DNA from: Chrysomallon squamiferum
Taxonomy: Eukaryota > Animalia > Mollusca
Length of the DNA: 64,000 nt
Direction of reading: 5' to 3'
Assembly (NCBI GenBank): GCA_012295275.1
Contig: CM022678.1
Coordinates: forward strand, 13,764,001-13,828,000
The notes beneath the pieces are model-generated. The model had not been told where the DNA came from. It did not search any database and saw nothing but the letters and a program-made list of their open reading frames with translations. This document shows positions 23,019 to 36,348 of the stretch, one piece after another; positions within the stretch are counted from its first letter, which is position 1, and the number at the start of each line of letters is the position of its first letter. Both the position numbers and the translations under genes were made by a program.

Positions 23019-26000
23019 GTATAGCCAAAACAAGAAAGAAAAAGAGAGCATTAAAAAAACAAAAGTGTTTATTTTTTTCGTTATTTCACTAAAGAAAGAT
23101 AAAGTGTTTATAACAAAGTGTCTGAACACTGACAGACAGGTATGTATTATATTTGCAATGATTACTTTTTTTTTTTTTTTTTACAATTTCAGCTCATGCA
23201 AAATAACAATAACAACAAGCACAACAATAATAACTTATTATTGGCTATGTCTGTGTTGCTAAGCAAATAAAACAGCTACACTTTAAAAACTTGTTTAAAT
23301 CATAGGTTACTGTAAGTTCTTGTTTTTTGCTTTTGTGTTTTAATGTAGTTATTTTTCTTAAATTTTATATTTAAAAAAAATATATATTTCTTTTTCTTCT
23401 TCTTCTTATTACTACCATAACGTTATTATTATTATTATTATTTTGTTAATACTAAATTGTGAAACTATTTCAGGGTTCTGCACCTCAGTTCCTCACAAAA
23501 GAAAGGATTATGCATTTGAGGTTCGTTAAAAATAATAATAAAAAATTCTGTACTAATTTTCATGCAGATGTATTTTGGGGGGATTCATTATATATACATA
23601 CTTCACTTCCACACAAACAGAAACAAAAAACCCAATTAAAAGAGAAACATAAATGTCATTATTTCAGAGTATGCAAGTTTAAGAATTTCTCTATGGTCTG
23701 TATTTCTTTCTTTGGTCCTTTATTTATTTCTTTATTTATATTTTGTTTTTAATCAGATGGCTAATTCCAGTGTTCGTTATGGTGAAGGTTGTACACAGGA
23801 AGTTGGTCTGGTAAAGTATTCCTAGTTTTTAACCATTTTCAATTTAGATGTTCTTTGTTCCTTTATTTTTATGTCTAGGTTTGTGTGGTATGCATTTGCA
23901 CATGTGATTTTGTTCTTATTTGTGAGAGGTGCAGATTTGCGTTTTATTTTGCTTATTTTTCTATACACGCCTGTGTATCTATTCTATAATGTATTTATAA
24001 TGTTTATTTAGGTACAGCATGCTGTTTGTAATGTATACCTTTCTCTCTGATTGCATGTGTACATCTGTGTATATGTTTTAAAAATAACTTTGTGTTTTAA
24101 TGTATTTAAATTGGGATTATCATTGTAATAATGTATAAATATTTCAAAAAAAATAATATTCCAGGACTGTAAAAACCTTGGTGCTAAGAATGTCTGTGTG
24201 ATGACGGACAGTAAACTGGTCAAAATGACCCCTGTCCTGACTGTCCTTGAGTCGCTGGACAAACACAAAATTTCATATAAACTCTATGATAAAGTCAGAT
24301 GTGAACCCACTGACAAAAGGTGCTTATTTCTTTAATTTAACTTTAACTTCTTTTTTTCAGTTTATTTTTATTTATCCATTGATTCATTATTTTATTTCAT
24401 TTCCTGTGGTTTATTTTATTTTATTTTATTTATTCCTCCATGTACTTTTTATTTTTGGCTTTTTGTTTTGTTTGTTTTCTTAGTGTGTTTTTTTTTTAGT
24501 TTTGGGGTTTCTTTGTTGTTTTTTCTATATTTGTAATATTATTTCATTCATTCATTTTTTTTTTTTTTTTTAAATTTAAATTAATTTTAGACTGAATTTA
24601 TTTATTTTATTAATTGGAATATTTTATATTTTCTGAATAGACTGTATTTTGTTTTCTTATGTTCTTTTTATGAAAAATTATTTGAATTCAGTCATTCTGG
24701 TCAATAACATATTGCATTTTTTGTTAAGAAAATTGATTTAATTGCGTTTTGAAAAAAATAATTTATGTATATTATTTGTTTGAAAGTAAAAAGAAGAGTT
24801 ATCACAGAACATTTATTATTATTAAGTTATAGGAAATTGCAATATCATCACATGATTCTTTCAAAGAAAACAAATGTACCTGAAATTGTCAGATGCAGTG
24901 TGAATCCTGAAGGTTTAAAATGTAACTTTACAGATACATTTAGAGATAAGGCTCATAAGCATAACATTTCTGCAAATGTATATTGGTCTATTAATGAATT
25001 TGTTTCTTTAGACAACTGTTATTAATAAAATATATCAACAAATTGAAATGTATTGAGAATCATGTACTACTGTTTCTTTTGAAATCATTTTGTACATTAA
25101 AATTATGAAAAACGTATCTTAATAAACTGAATAAACTATTGCAGGTGGTTTTCTTTTCAGTTAGATAGAAATGCCATCTTCTGAATATCAGTGTAAATCT
25201 GTTTTTTTTTAAATAACTTTTTATTTGTAATGTTTCATGTTGAAATGTAAATAGGAGGTTTGTAATTTTATTGATAAACCAATAACATAAATGATTTTAA
25301 TTGTGAAGGGTAATTTTTCAGTTTTATGGAAGCAATCAACTTTGCCAAAGATGGAAACTTTGATGTATATTTGGCAGTGGGAGGTGGCTCTGTGATAGAC
25401 ACTTGCAAAGCTGCCAATCTCTATGCTTCAAATCCATCAGCTGACCTCTTTGACTATGTAAATGCACCAATAGGAAAAGGTTTACCGGTGACACACACTC
25501 TGAAACCATTAATTGCTGGTTTGTAACTTAATTTTAAATTTGTTTTTTATATATTATTAAAATGATCAATAATATATATCTTTAGTTTGTACTTTATCAT
25601 ACACAAGAAACCAATTAGCATAGCCTTGTGCAATTGTATCAGGACAGGAAAATTATTGTTAATACACACTCTTGTGTTACCCGTTTGAATATTAAAAATC
25701 AAAACAACAATTGTAATAACAAACAATAAAAAGACAATATCCACAAGAGCACTAATTAGAGGAATACAATCACATATTATTTATGTAGTTAGTAATTTGT
25801 GCTTACTTATTGTTTAAAACTTTTATTGTTGCTTTTATTTATTTTTGTCAGTGACAACGACAGCAGGAACAGGAAGTGAGACAACAGGTACAGCAGTTTT
25901 TGATCTGCTTGAAATGAGAGCAAAAACAGGTAAATACTTGTATTTATTATAACCTTAAATACTTCTTCCTTACTTAGTTATAGTTCCAGCTAGTGTTTAT

Positions 26001-26553
26001 TATTGCAAAAAAGAATATAAGAATTACTAATACCACTATCACAGTAAAAATCACTACCAATTCTACTATTAATACCACTAATATAGTTACCACTGGTACC
26101 TCTACAACAGCTGTGACAATATTACCATTTTTATTATTTATATACCAACAGGTATAATTATTATTATTCCTACTACTGATACTGCAGTTAAATTACTAAT
26201 AATTCAAATGCTATTATTACTATTACTGTTGTAACAAATATATTAATTTATATTATTACTACTACTATATTATACTACTACTACCTCTTATACAATTACT
26301 TCTGCTATTATTCCATTATTGTTATATTATATTTATTATTATTATTACTGTTGTAGTATATGTTTCAGGTATATCTAATCGGGCTATTCGCCCCACTCTA
26401 GGAATAGTAGATCCTCTCCACTTAAAAACAATGCCAGAACGTGTGGCAGCCTACAGTGGAATAGATGTCCTCTGGTAAAATACATTTACAATAATCATTT
26501 AAATAAAATATCTACTTTTGGTAAATTTGTATTATTTTGTTTATTACAAATAC

Positions 26554-26585
<32 letters not shown>

Positions 26586-29515
26586 CTTTCAAATGATACT
26601 GTAAATCCTGTAAACACAGAGTTTAATCATTACACCTCTTTAAAAAATGTCTAACATTGTTGATGTAGCATTGTGATTTTAAGAAAGAAATATTGGGAAC
26701 TCTTATACTATTACTATTATTATTTCAGCAGCAGCTACAGTATATATATATTGTTATTATTTCTACTACTTATACATTTTTTTAACCAACCACTATTCTA
26801 TTACTAATCTACTGCTACTGTTATTATTTTGTTACTAACATTGGTTTTGTTACTAATCTGACAGTCATGCACTGGAGTCATTCACAGCAATGCCTTTTTT
26901 TGAACGCTCACCTCGTCCAGAGAATCCAAACCTCCGCCCAGCGTACCAGGGTTCAAATCCTGTCAGTGACATTTGGTCAAAGCATGCTCTCAGGATGACT
27001 GCAAAGTATCTTAAAAGGTTATTTCATTTCTCAGTATTTATTTTAAATGTTGAAGAAATATTATGTACAGAAATTTATATATACTTGTTCTATATATCTT
27101 GTAAAAAAAAACCCTGCATGTATGAGTTTGGTATTGTGAGAAAGCAAAGTCGTAAAGAGCAGTCATGCTTAAATGATCTCAAGTTACACTCGGAAAGGCT
27201 GTCTTACCTTCTGACTGGATTTTTATATTTACAGTTTTTTCAGTAAAAACACACACATCTACACAAACAGACAAGCAGATAAACAATGTACAAGAATTTA
27301 CATATTCAGTCAGTCACTCAGACTATTTTAAAATATATATTATAAATATAATAAGTTAATAAATTATAAATTTCAGAGCAGTGTACAATGCTGATGACCT
27401 CACAGCTAGACAAGGGATGCACTTTGCTGCATCGTATGCTGGTATTGGATTTGGCAATGCTGGAACACATCTATGGTAAATCTCAGGATTTCTAATTATA
27501 TTAATGAAATCTTATTAACATTTATAGTACATACTGTAATAATGTTTATATCTATGTTTTTGTTATGTATATTGTAATACTGTTTATATCTGGTGTAACA
27601 TAAAAAAAATGTTTTTCTTATGTATATTGTAATACTGCTTATATCTGGTATAAAATAAAAAATGTTTTTATTATGTATATTGTAATACTGCTTATATCTG
27701 GTGTAACATAAAAACAATATTTTTATTATGTATATTGTAATACTGCTTATATCTGGTATAACATAAAAAATGTTTTATTATGTATATTGTAATACAGCTT
27801 ATATCTGGTGTAACATAAAAACAATATTTTTATTATGTATATTGTAATACTGCTTATATCTGGTATAACATAAAAAATGTTTTATTATGTATATTGTAAT
27901 ACAGCTTATATCTGGTGTAACATAAAAACAATGATTTTATTATGTATATTGTAATACTGCTATTAACATACTGTAATAGTGTTTATATCTCCTGTAACAT
28001 AAAAAAATGTTTTTGTTATGTATATTATAATACTGCTTATAGTTGGTGTAACATAAAAACAATGATTTTATTATGTATATTATAATACTGCTTATATCTG
28101 GTGTAACATAAAAAAAATGTTTTTGTTATGTATATTATAATACTGCTTATATTTGGTGTAACATAAAAACAATGATTTTATTATGTATATTATAATACTG
28201 CTTATATCTGGTGTAACATAAAAACAATGTTTTTATTGTGTATATACTGAAATAATGTTTTTACTATGTTTCAGCCATGGCATGTGTTACCCTATTTCTG
28301 GTCTGAACAGAAAATATTTTTCACGTGACTACAACAGTGACCACCCACTTATTGTGAGAAACTTTTTAACATTGATTAGATTCACTTATTCCACTTCTGT
28401 ATTTATGTTAATAAATTTCAAATAGTTTATAACTAATTTATAATACTGTGTATGTATGTACATATTTATCTGTCTATCTATCTATATAAATGACTATAGA
28501 ATTTAGATATTTTAGTCATGTTAATATTTTTACTAATACTAATTCCTACTGATTTTACTGTTACTAATAACATTATTATTGTTATTAGAGATTATCAATG
28601 TTTATGCTGATTATTTTTTTTTTTTTCATTATCATCATCAGTATATGTGCTGTATTAAGATTATTATTATTTTATAACTGTGTTTGTTGTTATTGTTATA
28701 TTTACTAAACATATTGTTTCAGCCTCATGGACTATCAGTAGTTATTACTGCACCAGCTGTTTTCACTTTCACTTCAGATGCCTGTCCACAGCGCCATCTG
28801 GAGGCAGCAGAATGTTTAGGTACATGATGATAATTTAATAAAAATAACAATAATAATAATAATCATTATCATTATTAACAATATAATAAAATCATCATTG
28901 AACCAACACCATTACCATTATCATTGATTTCTAAAACATTTATTTTCTTTATTTTTATATAATAATAATAATAATAATAAAAAACAATTAAATTTCTATT
29001 TATTTTTTTAATTTTATTATTATTATTTGTTTTTATCAGGTGTTGATGTTAGAAATGTAAAGAAAGAAGATGCAGGGAAAGTATTGTCTGAGGCGATTAG
29101 AAAAATGATGCTGGACATAGAGGTACCAGATGGACTGTCTGAACTTGGCTATACGTCTGAGGATATTCCAGATCTTGTTAAGGGGACTCTGCCACAGGTA
29201 ACAAATAATATCAGTTTAAAGTATTATAAAATGTTTCTTTACATAATGTCACTATACAGTTATAGTCTGCTGTTTTCTGACATGTATATCATTAAGTAAA
29301 CTACAGATAATGTGGAAGATTTGTTTTATATGCACCATAAACAAGAAAGCAGTTTGAAAACTGAGTAATATGGCAGTACCTGAGAGTATACTGAAAAATG
29401 AGTTTGTTTAAAATTTGTATTTCTTTTCCAGCATCGTGTGACAAAATTGTGTCCTCAACCTTTTGATGGTGATGACCTTGGCAGATTATTGGAAAATTCC
29501 ATGCATGTCTACTAA
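22361..29515 (+). CDS. ADHFE1: Hydroxyacid-oxoacid transhydrogenase (iron-containing ADH family), about 14 exons. First exon (22361-22440) is uncertain
   Basis: Exons translate to KDYAFE|[18 protein letters not shown]|[15 protein letters not shown]...EPTD|FMEAINFAK...[17 protein letters not shown]...|[12 protein letters not shown]|...[14 protein letters not shown]|...[11 protein letters not shown]|HGMCYPISG|PHGLSV...|VKGTLPQ|HRVTKL...SMHVY*. Stop TAA at 29513-29515. Confidence 0.95.
22928..23013. repeat. (CT)n microsatellite
   Basis: Directly visible. It explains the spurious RERERE ORF. Confidence 0.95.
27520..28255. repeat. Intronic minisatellite, ~52-55 bp unit, ~13 copies (atgtatattgtaatactgcttatatctggtgtaacataaaaacaatatttttatt)
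   Basis: Directly visible tandem copies fill most of an ADHFE1 intron. Confidence 0.92.
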
Positions 29516-31822
29516 AAATGGCCTTTCATATTAATCGGTTAAGAAATTTATTAATCTGTTCTTATGCCATTCTTATCAGTATTATTACATTAAAAAAAAG
29601 TCAAACTATAACTATTATATTAAAACTGAAAAACCACATTTTGATATTAGTTTCGTGCCATTTGTATTTTATTTTTAATTTTATTATATTAATTTAAAAA
29701 TTAATTATCATGCTGATTTACCTAATGTTTTGAAATATGAAAATGAAATGTTTACTTTATAAAAAACACAGATAAAACAAAGATTAAAAAGCACATCCTT
29801 TTCCAAGTTAACCATAACAGAATAAATTTTTTTATTGGAATTATTGTTTTTACTTGTAGCTGGAAAAAAAAATACACACATATATACACCACACAAAAAT
29901 ACAAAAACATTCTGTATAATTAATTCTGCAGTTGTAAATAAATCAGTAAGTTATATTTTATTTATTTATTATTAAAACTATTATGAGAGAGGGGAAAAAT
30001 GTGTGTGTGTGTATATGTGTGGATGGGTTTGTGTCTGTATATTTGTGTATGCATTTGTGGGTGTGGTTATTAAATCAATGAGAGATCTATGCTAATGAAT
30101 GAATGCAAAATAAAAGAAAGAAATATTGATAATAATAATAATAATAAAAAACAAAAACAACTTAATAATTTATATCTCGTTTCAGATAAAACAGCTTAAT
30201 GCAATAGAGTTGTATCACTGATTTAGAACTGCTGGTATCCTGTCACATCAATCAAATTACCTAACGAGATTGTTTTACATAATCATACCCTGTCGATACA
30301 TTTCATAATAATCAGTAAAATAAGAAGCTCACTTCTTTTGGCAACCACATACAAAAATTAGTTAGATGTAACAACATATACATAAAGGTGCACACACACA
30401 CACACACACACAGGTTTATTCTCATTTATTTTATTATTACTTTATTATTATTTAATGAAATACAACTAATTTATTTTGGCTGAAATTCATCAAGCTGAAT
30501 GCAGTAATTCCCTGACTTTCAGAGAAATTTTAGAGAAATTAAGAGAACATTTATTTATTCATTTACATTTACATATCATTAGTAAAGGTCACTGGTAACA
30601 AATATTCTCTTATATACGTAATCAACACATGCACTTCAGGAAGACCCTTCTCCTCCCTCAGTGTTTTTATTTAGAACTGCTGTATCATTAGTGTCAATAA
30701 AAACAATACAAAAATAAAACTTGTTATCTCGCTATCTCGGTATTGCAGGATTATAAACAGCAATATGTTGCATTAAACTGAAAAACTAATCAGTATGGAT
30801 ATTCTAAAGTATTAGTGATTCTAATTTGAGAAGTTAATCTATAGATTCCTTTTTATTAAATTTCTTAAATAATTTAAAAGAAAATTAGTTTATTCTGTGA
30901 ACTAGATCAAATGTTTACCGCCAAATATGATATTACCCATTCAGCAGTCCACGGATGTGTAAACATACTTCCCAGAATGCTGGAAAATGCATCTCCTGCA
31001 TTCTACATTTAAAATAATTTTGGGGGTAGGACATGTTGTACGTAAGTAATACAATGTCTGTTTTTAAGATTAACTCCATACTATAGATATTTCATTAATT
31101 GAAACTGTTCAGTAAGTCATGTTTAAACAAGTCTTGTGATTTGATTCATTGCCACTAGTTTTATGATTTTACTGAACAATAAAAACAAGCTAATGAATAT
31201 AAAAATTCTTCAAAAATTTAAACACACATACACAATATATATATATATATATATACACTTACACATAAACAAACATAATTAATATTATAATACAAAAGTA
31301 ATTGTGATTAGTCCAGAGATCCCAAACAGTCATTTTTCATAAAAAAATTGAATGGCCTACATTGACTAAGATTAAAGATATATAAATGTACTGGTTACCA
31401 TAAATCACTTCCAAACCATAGTATGTACATGTGTACAATTGATCGAAGTGAATGAGGCTGGTAAAAAAACGTTTTATTGGTAAAATGTACTTTGTTTCAC
31501 AACCAAGAAATCGGGCAAAATCTGAGCTTGACTCGCCAGCTCTTGTGATAGATATTGTCAATAATACTAAGCTTGTTATGTTGAAACATAAACAGATGAT
31601 TAGATTTCAAATAAATTATTTTCAGCTTTGTATGTACAAACAACTTTATTTTCTTTTAACATGCTGGTTCTCTAAAGAAATGAGTAATGAAAACATATCA
31701 TATGTAACTAGTTTTAACAGATACTCCCAGAGTGGTTTTATAGTAATATACCTATATAGAAACCCATTTTAAATTATTATTATTATTGTCATTGCTGTTG
31801 TGGTTATTGTTATTATTGTTGC

Positions 31823-31873
<51 letters not shown>

Positions 31874-32416
31874 CTATTGTAGTTTTGTTTATATTTCTAA
31901 TTTTTAATTTTCTTTTTTTTTAATTTATTTATTTTGTTTATGATATTGAGTTTTTAATTTTTATTCTTTTTAAATTTTTTTAATTCTTCGTTTTGTTTAG
32001 CTTGGTACTGGTCCAGATTACTTAGTTAAGTGATAAAATATGTTTAGAATGTCAGTTATTATTATTTCGATTTTCTTCATTTTACCGTTCCAGAGTTTGT
32101 GTTAATAATCTATTCTATACCAATTTCTCAGTTACGCAGATAAACAGGTCTAGCTGGAATAAATAATGTAAATGAAGTAAATATAAAAGGCAAAATTAAA
32201 AAAAAAAAAAAAAAAAAAAAACGACAGCATCAAAATATAGTAAAAAGTATAGTAATTTTAAAAACAAAAATATATTAAAATATTTTATACATACGTATGT
32301 GTGTATAAAACAGATAATTTGTAAAACATACACACATCAAATCTCCATGTAGCAATAGATATAAAATAATTCTTATGTTAAAAAATGAACTTGTAATAGA
32401 GATTACAGGACCATAA

Positions 32417-33035
32417 CAAGGTAATTCTTTAACAGGCTACGAAAGCATTAAGTTTTACTTCTGTCTCAAGAAAACAATTTCGGTAAAAATCTCCGGTTTA
32501 CGATACTCCAATGGCAACGATCCCGAAAACATAGCAGTTTTAAACCACAAAAAAAAAAAAAAAAAAATGTGGTCCATTGTCACCATATCACCAGAAAAAG
32601 CTGGAGATAACTGGAATGATTTTCATTCCAGTACCGAGATGAAAGGATCAGTAATTCTGGAAAGAGGTTGGTATATTTTAAAGCTCCAGGTTCACGGATC
32701 TGATGGAGTGGAACTGGACACAGTCAGTCTAGATATTGATGACAGCAGTCTCGCGCAGAACATGCTGCAGTGTAAACTTCACTGTACGAGTGATATATCC
32801 CATCTGAACTCTTCGCCTCAAATTAATGTCGACAAAAAAGCTAAACTTAGTCAGAAAAGTTACCCATCTAAATGTGCCGGAGAGGACAACGTCAAAATAC
32901 CAGTATACCTCGCCAGAGTGAAAGAATACAAGCTAATGGCTACACTACCAATGTAGAAAGTTTTTGTAAACAGAAGACAAGCGAATAATACTCACTGTGT
33001 TGCCTTGCCTTCTCTCTACTGGAGTTTTACCCATC
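32417..33035 (+). pseudogene. Truncated tandem paralog of the 34462-36348 gene
   Basis: ESIKFYFCLKKTISVKISGLRYSNGNDP...GSDGVELDTV...KCAGEDNVKIPVYL...ATLPM*KVFVNRRQANNTHC...SLYWSF aligns with the intact copy. It has a TAC>TAG nonsense codon at 32954-32956, a poly-A expansion near 32548-32566, and no signal peptide or C-terminal two thirds. Confidence 0.85.
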
Positions 33036-33495
33036 TCTTTTACACTTTTCAGAAGATGCGAATCCAAATATCTGACTCTCAGTCCGGATATCCATCAAGA
33101 GTTGTTGCGCACGCGCTAACCTGTACCTGTTACTGTTGACGCTACGAGTTAATGAAGAAACACTTTTAGCAAATTACATTTTGTTAAAATTAGATAAGTA
33201 ACAGAGATTGTGTCAAGTATAAACAATTCGTTATCAGCTTTCTCCACCTGTGTCTTTGATCACGAATACCACCACCACTACTGCTAGAAGAATAACAAAT
33301 GAAATAAGAATAATAACAATAAACGAAAGTGAACTCTGGCTAACAAAACTCACACGTACAAAAAAAAGAACACGGGACACGTCATGCATCAGACTAAACA
33401 TGAACTCTGACACAGAAATATAAGTAAATTCGGACAGGACTAGAGCTAATACACATTCAGACTCTCTCTCTCTGTATATATGTATGTGTGTACTA

Positions 33496-33528
<33 letters not shown>

Positions 33529-34461
33529 ATGCATGTATGTAATCATACTGGACGTGTGATCACCTTTAGAAAAAAATAAAATTAACGACTTGAAACTAGA
33601 AAAAACTTCAGCGTTAATTAATCACGAAACGTGTCAGTGAATATGAAATATCAGTCACTATTTTAAACATTTTACTGAAGCGTACATAATGACCTATATC
33701 TGTAGTTATTTTAATATCTCACGGAAAATATTTCTTGTCGTAATCTCTCTCTCTCCATATATATGTATGTGTGTGTACTCTCTCTCTCTCTCCTCATATA
33801 TATGTATGTGTGTGCGCGCATATATATGCATATACCACACATATTCTCATAACGGCAGCTGTTTAGTGTATATAATTATCTGTTAACAAGTACACAAAAG
33901 CCAAACAATTTTCTCTGTCTCTCCAGAAAATCAAAACGCGATAGTGATTAAATAGATGTCGTTTATACTAACTACAGAACACACTTTTAAGTAGATAGAA
34001 AGTAAAGTAAATAATGGAAAATACTTCACAGGATACCTTTTGTCACTTGTAAATTCGTATTGTGTTAAATAATATTTTAATTGCTAGCGACAAAACTTGC
34101 AACTTGCTAGGTTGATAAAACATTCAACTTCAACTCGGCATGTACTTAGGATAGTCACAAGCCGCACTAATATAAAACGTTTCAGTCGGAAGGTATATTT
34201 AAACAGCTTAGTGCAAGGTAACTACTTTTCATTCGACAAAGAAGTTAAACATCACCTGTCTTTGTTGTTTTCGTCTAGCACGACATCTACATCTATTATA
34301 TAGGCCAGCTGACTTTTCTCTGTGACAGGAGCAGTCGCAAAAATACAAGATTAAAAAACGGTGACAAAGAAGACACGAGAGTCACTACTTTAACAAATAG
34401 CTGAAGGCTATATGGTGTGACGGAGAAAGCCATTAAGAATTTAAAAATACAACATACAAAT

Positions 34462-36348
34462 ATGTTTATAACAATAGTTTTACTCAGAACAGTTATTTTT
34501 CTGTTGTTATGTAAATCTTGTTTAGGTAAAACGCATTCCTTTCAAGCGGCTGTTGTTCGAGGAAATCACTTAATACATTTTCGTGCAAATTCTTCTGTGA
34601 AAAAGGTGGTGTATCTGAAAGACGATGACAGTATTACTTTCTTCTTCTGCCTCAGGAAGCAGACATCTGTGACTGTTTCCAGTTTACGATATTCGAACGG
34701 TAATCGTCCTGATGTCTGTTTAGTTTTACTCAACGACATCGAAGTGGGATACGTTGTGACCAACACATCAATGACGAAAGTAGATGCCTGGAACGTTTTC
34801 TTCTCCAGTGAAAAGGTTGGATCTACGGTTTTGGAAAACGGATGGCATTCTTTAAAAATACTCGTTCGCGGATCTGATGGGGTTGAGATAGATGAAGTCA
34901 CAGTTGATATTGAAGACGTGAATCTAACACCTGATATGCTGCAGTGTAAAATCCACTGTCTTAACAGCGTCCCTTTCAGGAAATCCAAACCAGAAATGAA
35001 TGTTTTTAGGGAAGCTATACTGACACAGAGAAGTTACCCGACCAAATGTGCGGAAGAAGACAACGTCAAAGTACCAATCTATCTTGACGAAGTGGAGGAA
35101 TATAGATTAACAGCTACATTACCAATGTACAAGACTTTCTCAAACAGAAGGGAAGAAAACACGTCATACTGCTCTTTCCTGTCCCCGTTGTACTGGAAGT
35201 TTTCAGACGTCAACGTAACATACCAAAGAGATATCAAACATTCGAAATCGGCCATTCTGAAAACATTCAAACATAATACTAAAGGAAGCTTGAGTACTTA
35301 TCGTATTAAAATTTCATTTACTTTAAAAGGACGGTCTAAGGGACACGTGGATGCTGACATTGGTTCTATCCTGACTCTTACAATTAAACCACTGGGGACA
35401 ACGTCTGTTTTCCTGGGCTCATTCAAAGGTCGAGAGAAGAGTTTGTCACATCTGGATGGAGGAGCACTGATTCCAGGAAAACGACAATACAGCTGGAATA
35501 TTCCTGACTTCACATGGTCTGAGGTAAATGAAAATATTATCACTATTTCAATAAACACACTTGCTGTCGTCCCTCTATATATTGAAGAAATCAAATTAGA
35601 GAGACGTCCCATGAGACCAAACAGAGTGATTCCAATTTTCAAAAGTGATAGCATAATAATAGAAGGCATCGATATAGATTTTTGGTGGAGATCCCCAGAA
35701 TCCATGATGGTCTGGATAGAAAACAACAGCAGTGTGTTTTACAACGTGGATTTCTTTAGAATCTCTTTCCCTGTCCCTTGGGCAGACGGGTTTGCTGAAG
35801 TGTTTGTTCTCTATCAAGATGGAAATGTACGTCTTTTGCCCCTTCCACCTTCCGGTATAGACTGGATTCCATTTGGAACATCAGTTATAGTTGGAACATC
35901 TGACCCAGATCTAATTAGACCTTCTGCTCCCATTGATCGAGTGGACATTAATACCATTAAGCGCGAGATAAAAATTCATTATGCAAATGGCGAAAAAGCA
36001 AAAATGACCCTGATGTCCAAACTAGACAAAACTGAACTAGTTATTTCTGATCTTGTGTTTCACGTTTCCAACAGAAATCGATTTCCCTTTGCTACCCTGC
36101 GGTCAATGTACATTGAAGATGGCAATACAGACTGCGACAGCATCACGGTGGACGATTCTGCGATATTCAGTGTGATGAATAAATGGAATTATAAACAAGG
36201 AAAATCATTTACATTTTTTAGAAGATGCGAGTCCAAACATCTCACTCTCAGTCCAGATATCCGCCTTGATCTAACGCGCACGCGCCAACCATTTCCGTTT
36301 ATTCTGAACCAGTGGTGGCATGATATGGAATATCAGAATAATATATAA
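34462..36348 (+). CDS. Intronless secreted protein (~628 aa) with an N-terminal CBM6/CBM35-like beta-sandwich; function unknown
   Basis: Long uninterrupted ORF in otherwise very AT-rich DNA. First ATG at 34462 gives a signal-peptide-like MFITIVLLRTVIFLLLCKSCLG. The pattern LRYSNG...VLLND..VG...WNVF...LENGWHSLKI...DGVEIDEVTV resembles CBM6/35. A diverged paralog lies adjacent. Confidence 0.85.
   Translation: MFITIVLLRTVIFLLLCKSCLGKTHSFQAAVVRGNHLIHFRANSSVKKVVYLKDDDSITFFFCLRKQTSVTVSSLRYSNGNRPDVCLVLLNDIEVGYVVTNTSMTKVDAWNVFFSSEKVGSTVLENGWHSLKILVRGSDGVEIDEVTVDIEDVNLTPDMLQCKIHCLNSVPFRKSKPEMNVFREAILTQRSYPTKCAEEDNVKVPIYLDEVEEYRLTATLPMYKTFSNRREENTSYCSFLSPLYWKFSDVNVTYQRDIKHSKSAILKTFKHNTKGSLSTYRIKISFTLKGRSKGHVDADIGSILTLTIKPLGTTSVFLGSFKGREKSLSHLDGGALIPGKRQYSWNIPDFTWSEVNENIITISINTLAVVPLYIEEIKLERRPMRPNRVIPIFKSDSIIIEGIDIDFWWRSPESMMVWIENNSSVFYNVDFFRISFPVPWADGFAEVFVLYQDGNVRLLPLPPSGIDWIPFGTSVIVGTSDPDLIRPSAPIDRVDINTIKREIKIHYANGEKAKMTLMSKLDKTELVISDLVFHVSNRNRFPFATLRSMYIEDGNTDCDSITVDDSAIFSVMNKWNYKQGKSFTFFRRCESKHLTLSPDIRLDLTRTRQPFPFILNQWWHDMEYQNNI

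Noticed and set aside
22917-23262. RERERE ORF here, and similar SLSLSL ORFs at 58094 and 59261
   Set aside because: Translations of (CT)n/(AG)n microsatellites.
27520-28255. CRISPR-like regular array
   Set aside because: Units are contiguous with no unique spacers, there are no cas genes, and it lies in a eukaryotic intron. It is a minisatellite.
34417-34461. GTG start given by the ORF track for the 643-aa ORF
   Set aside because: In a eukaryotic gene the ATG at 34462, which directly precedes a signal-peptide-like stretch, is the better start.
34566-35817. Several antisense ORFs (63-142 aa) over the intronless gene
   Set aside because: Shadow ORFs expected opposite a long coding frame, with no recognisable motifs.
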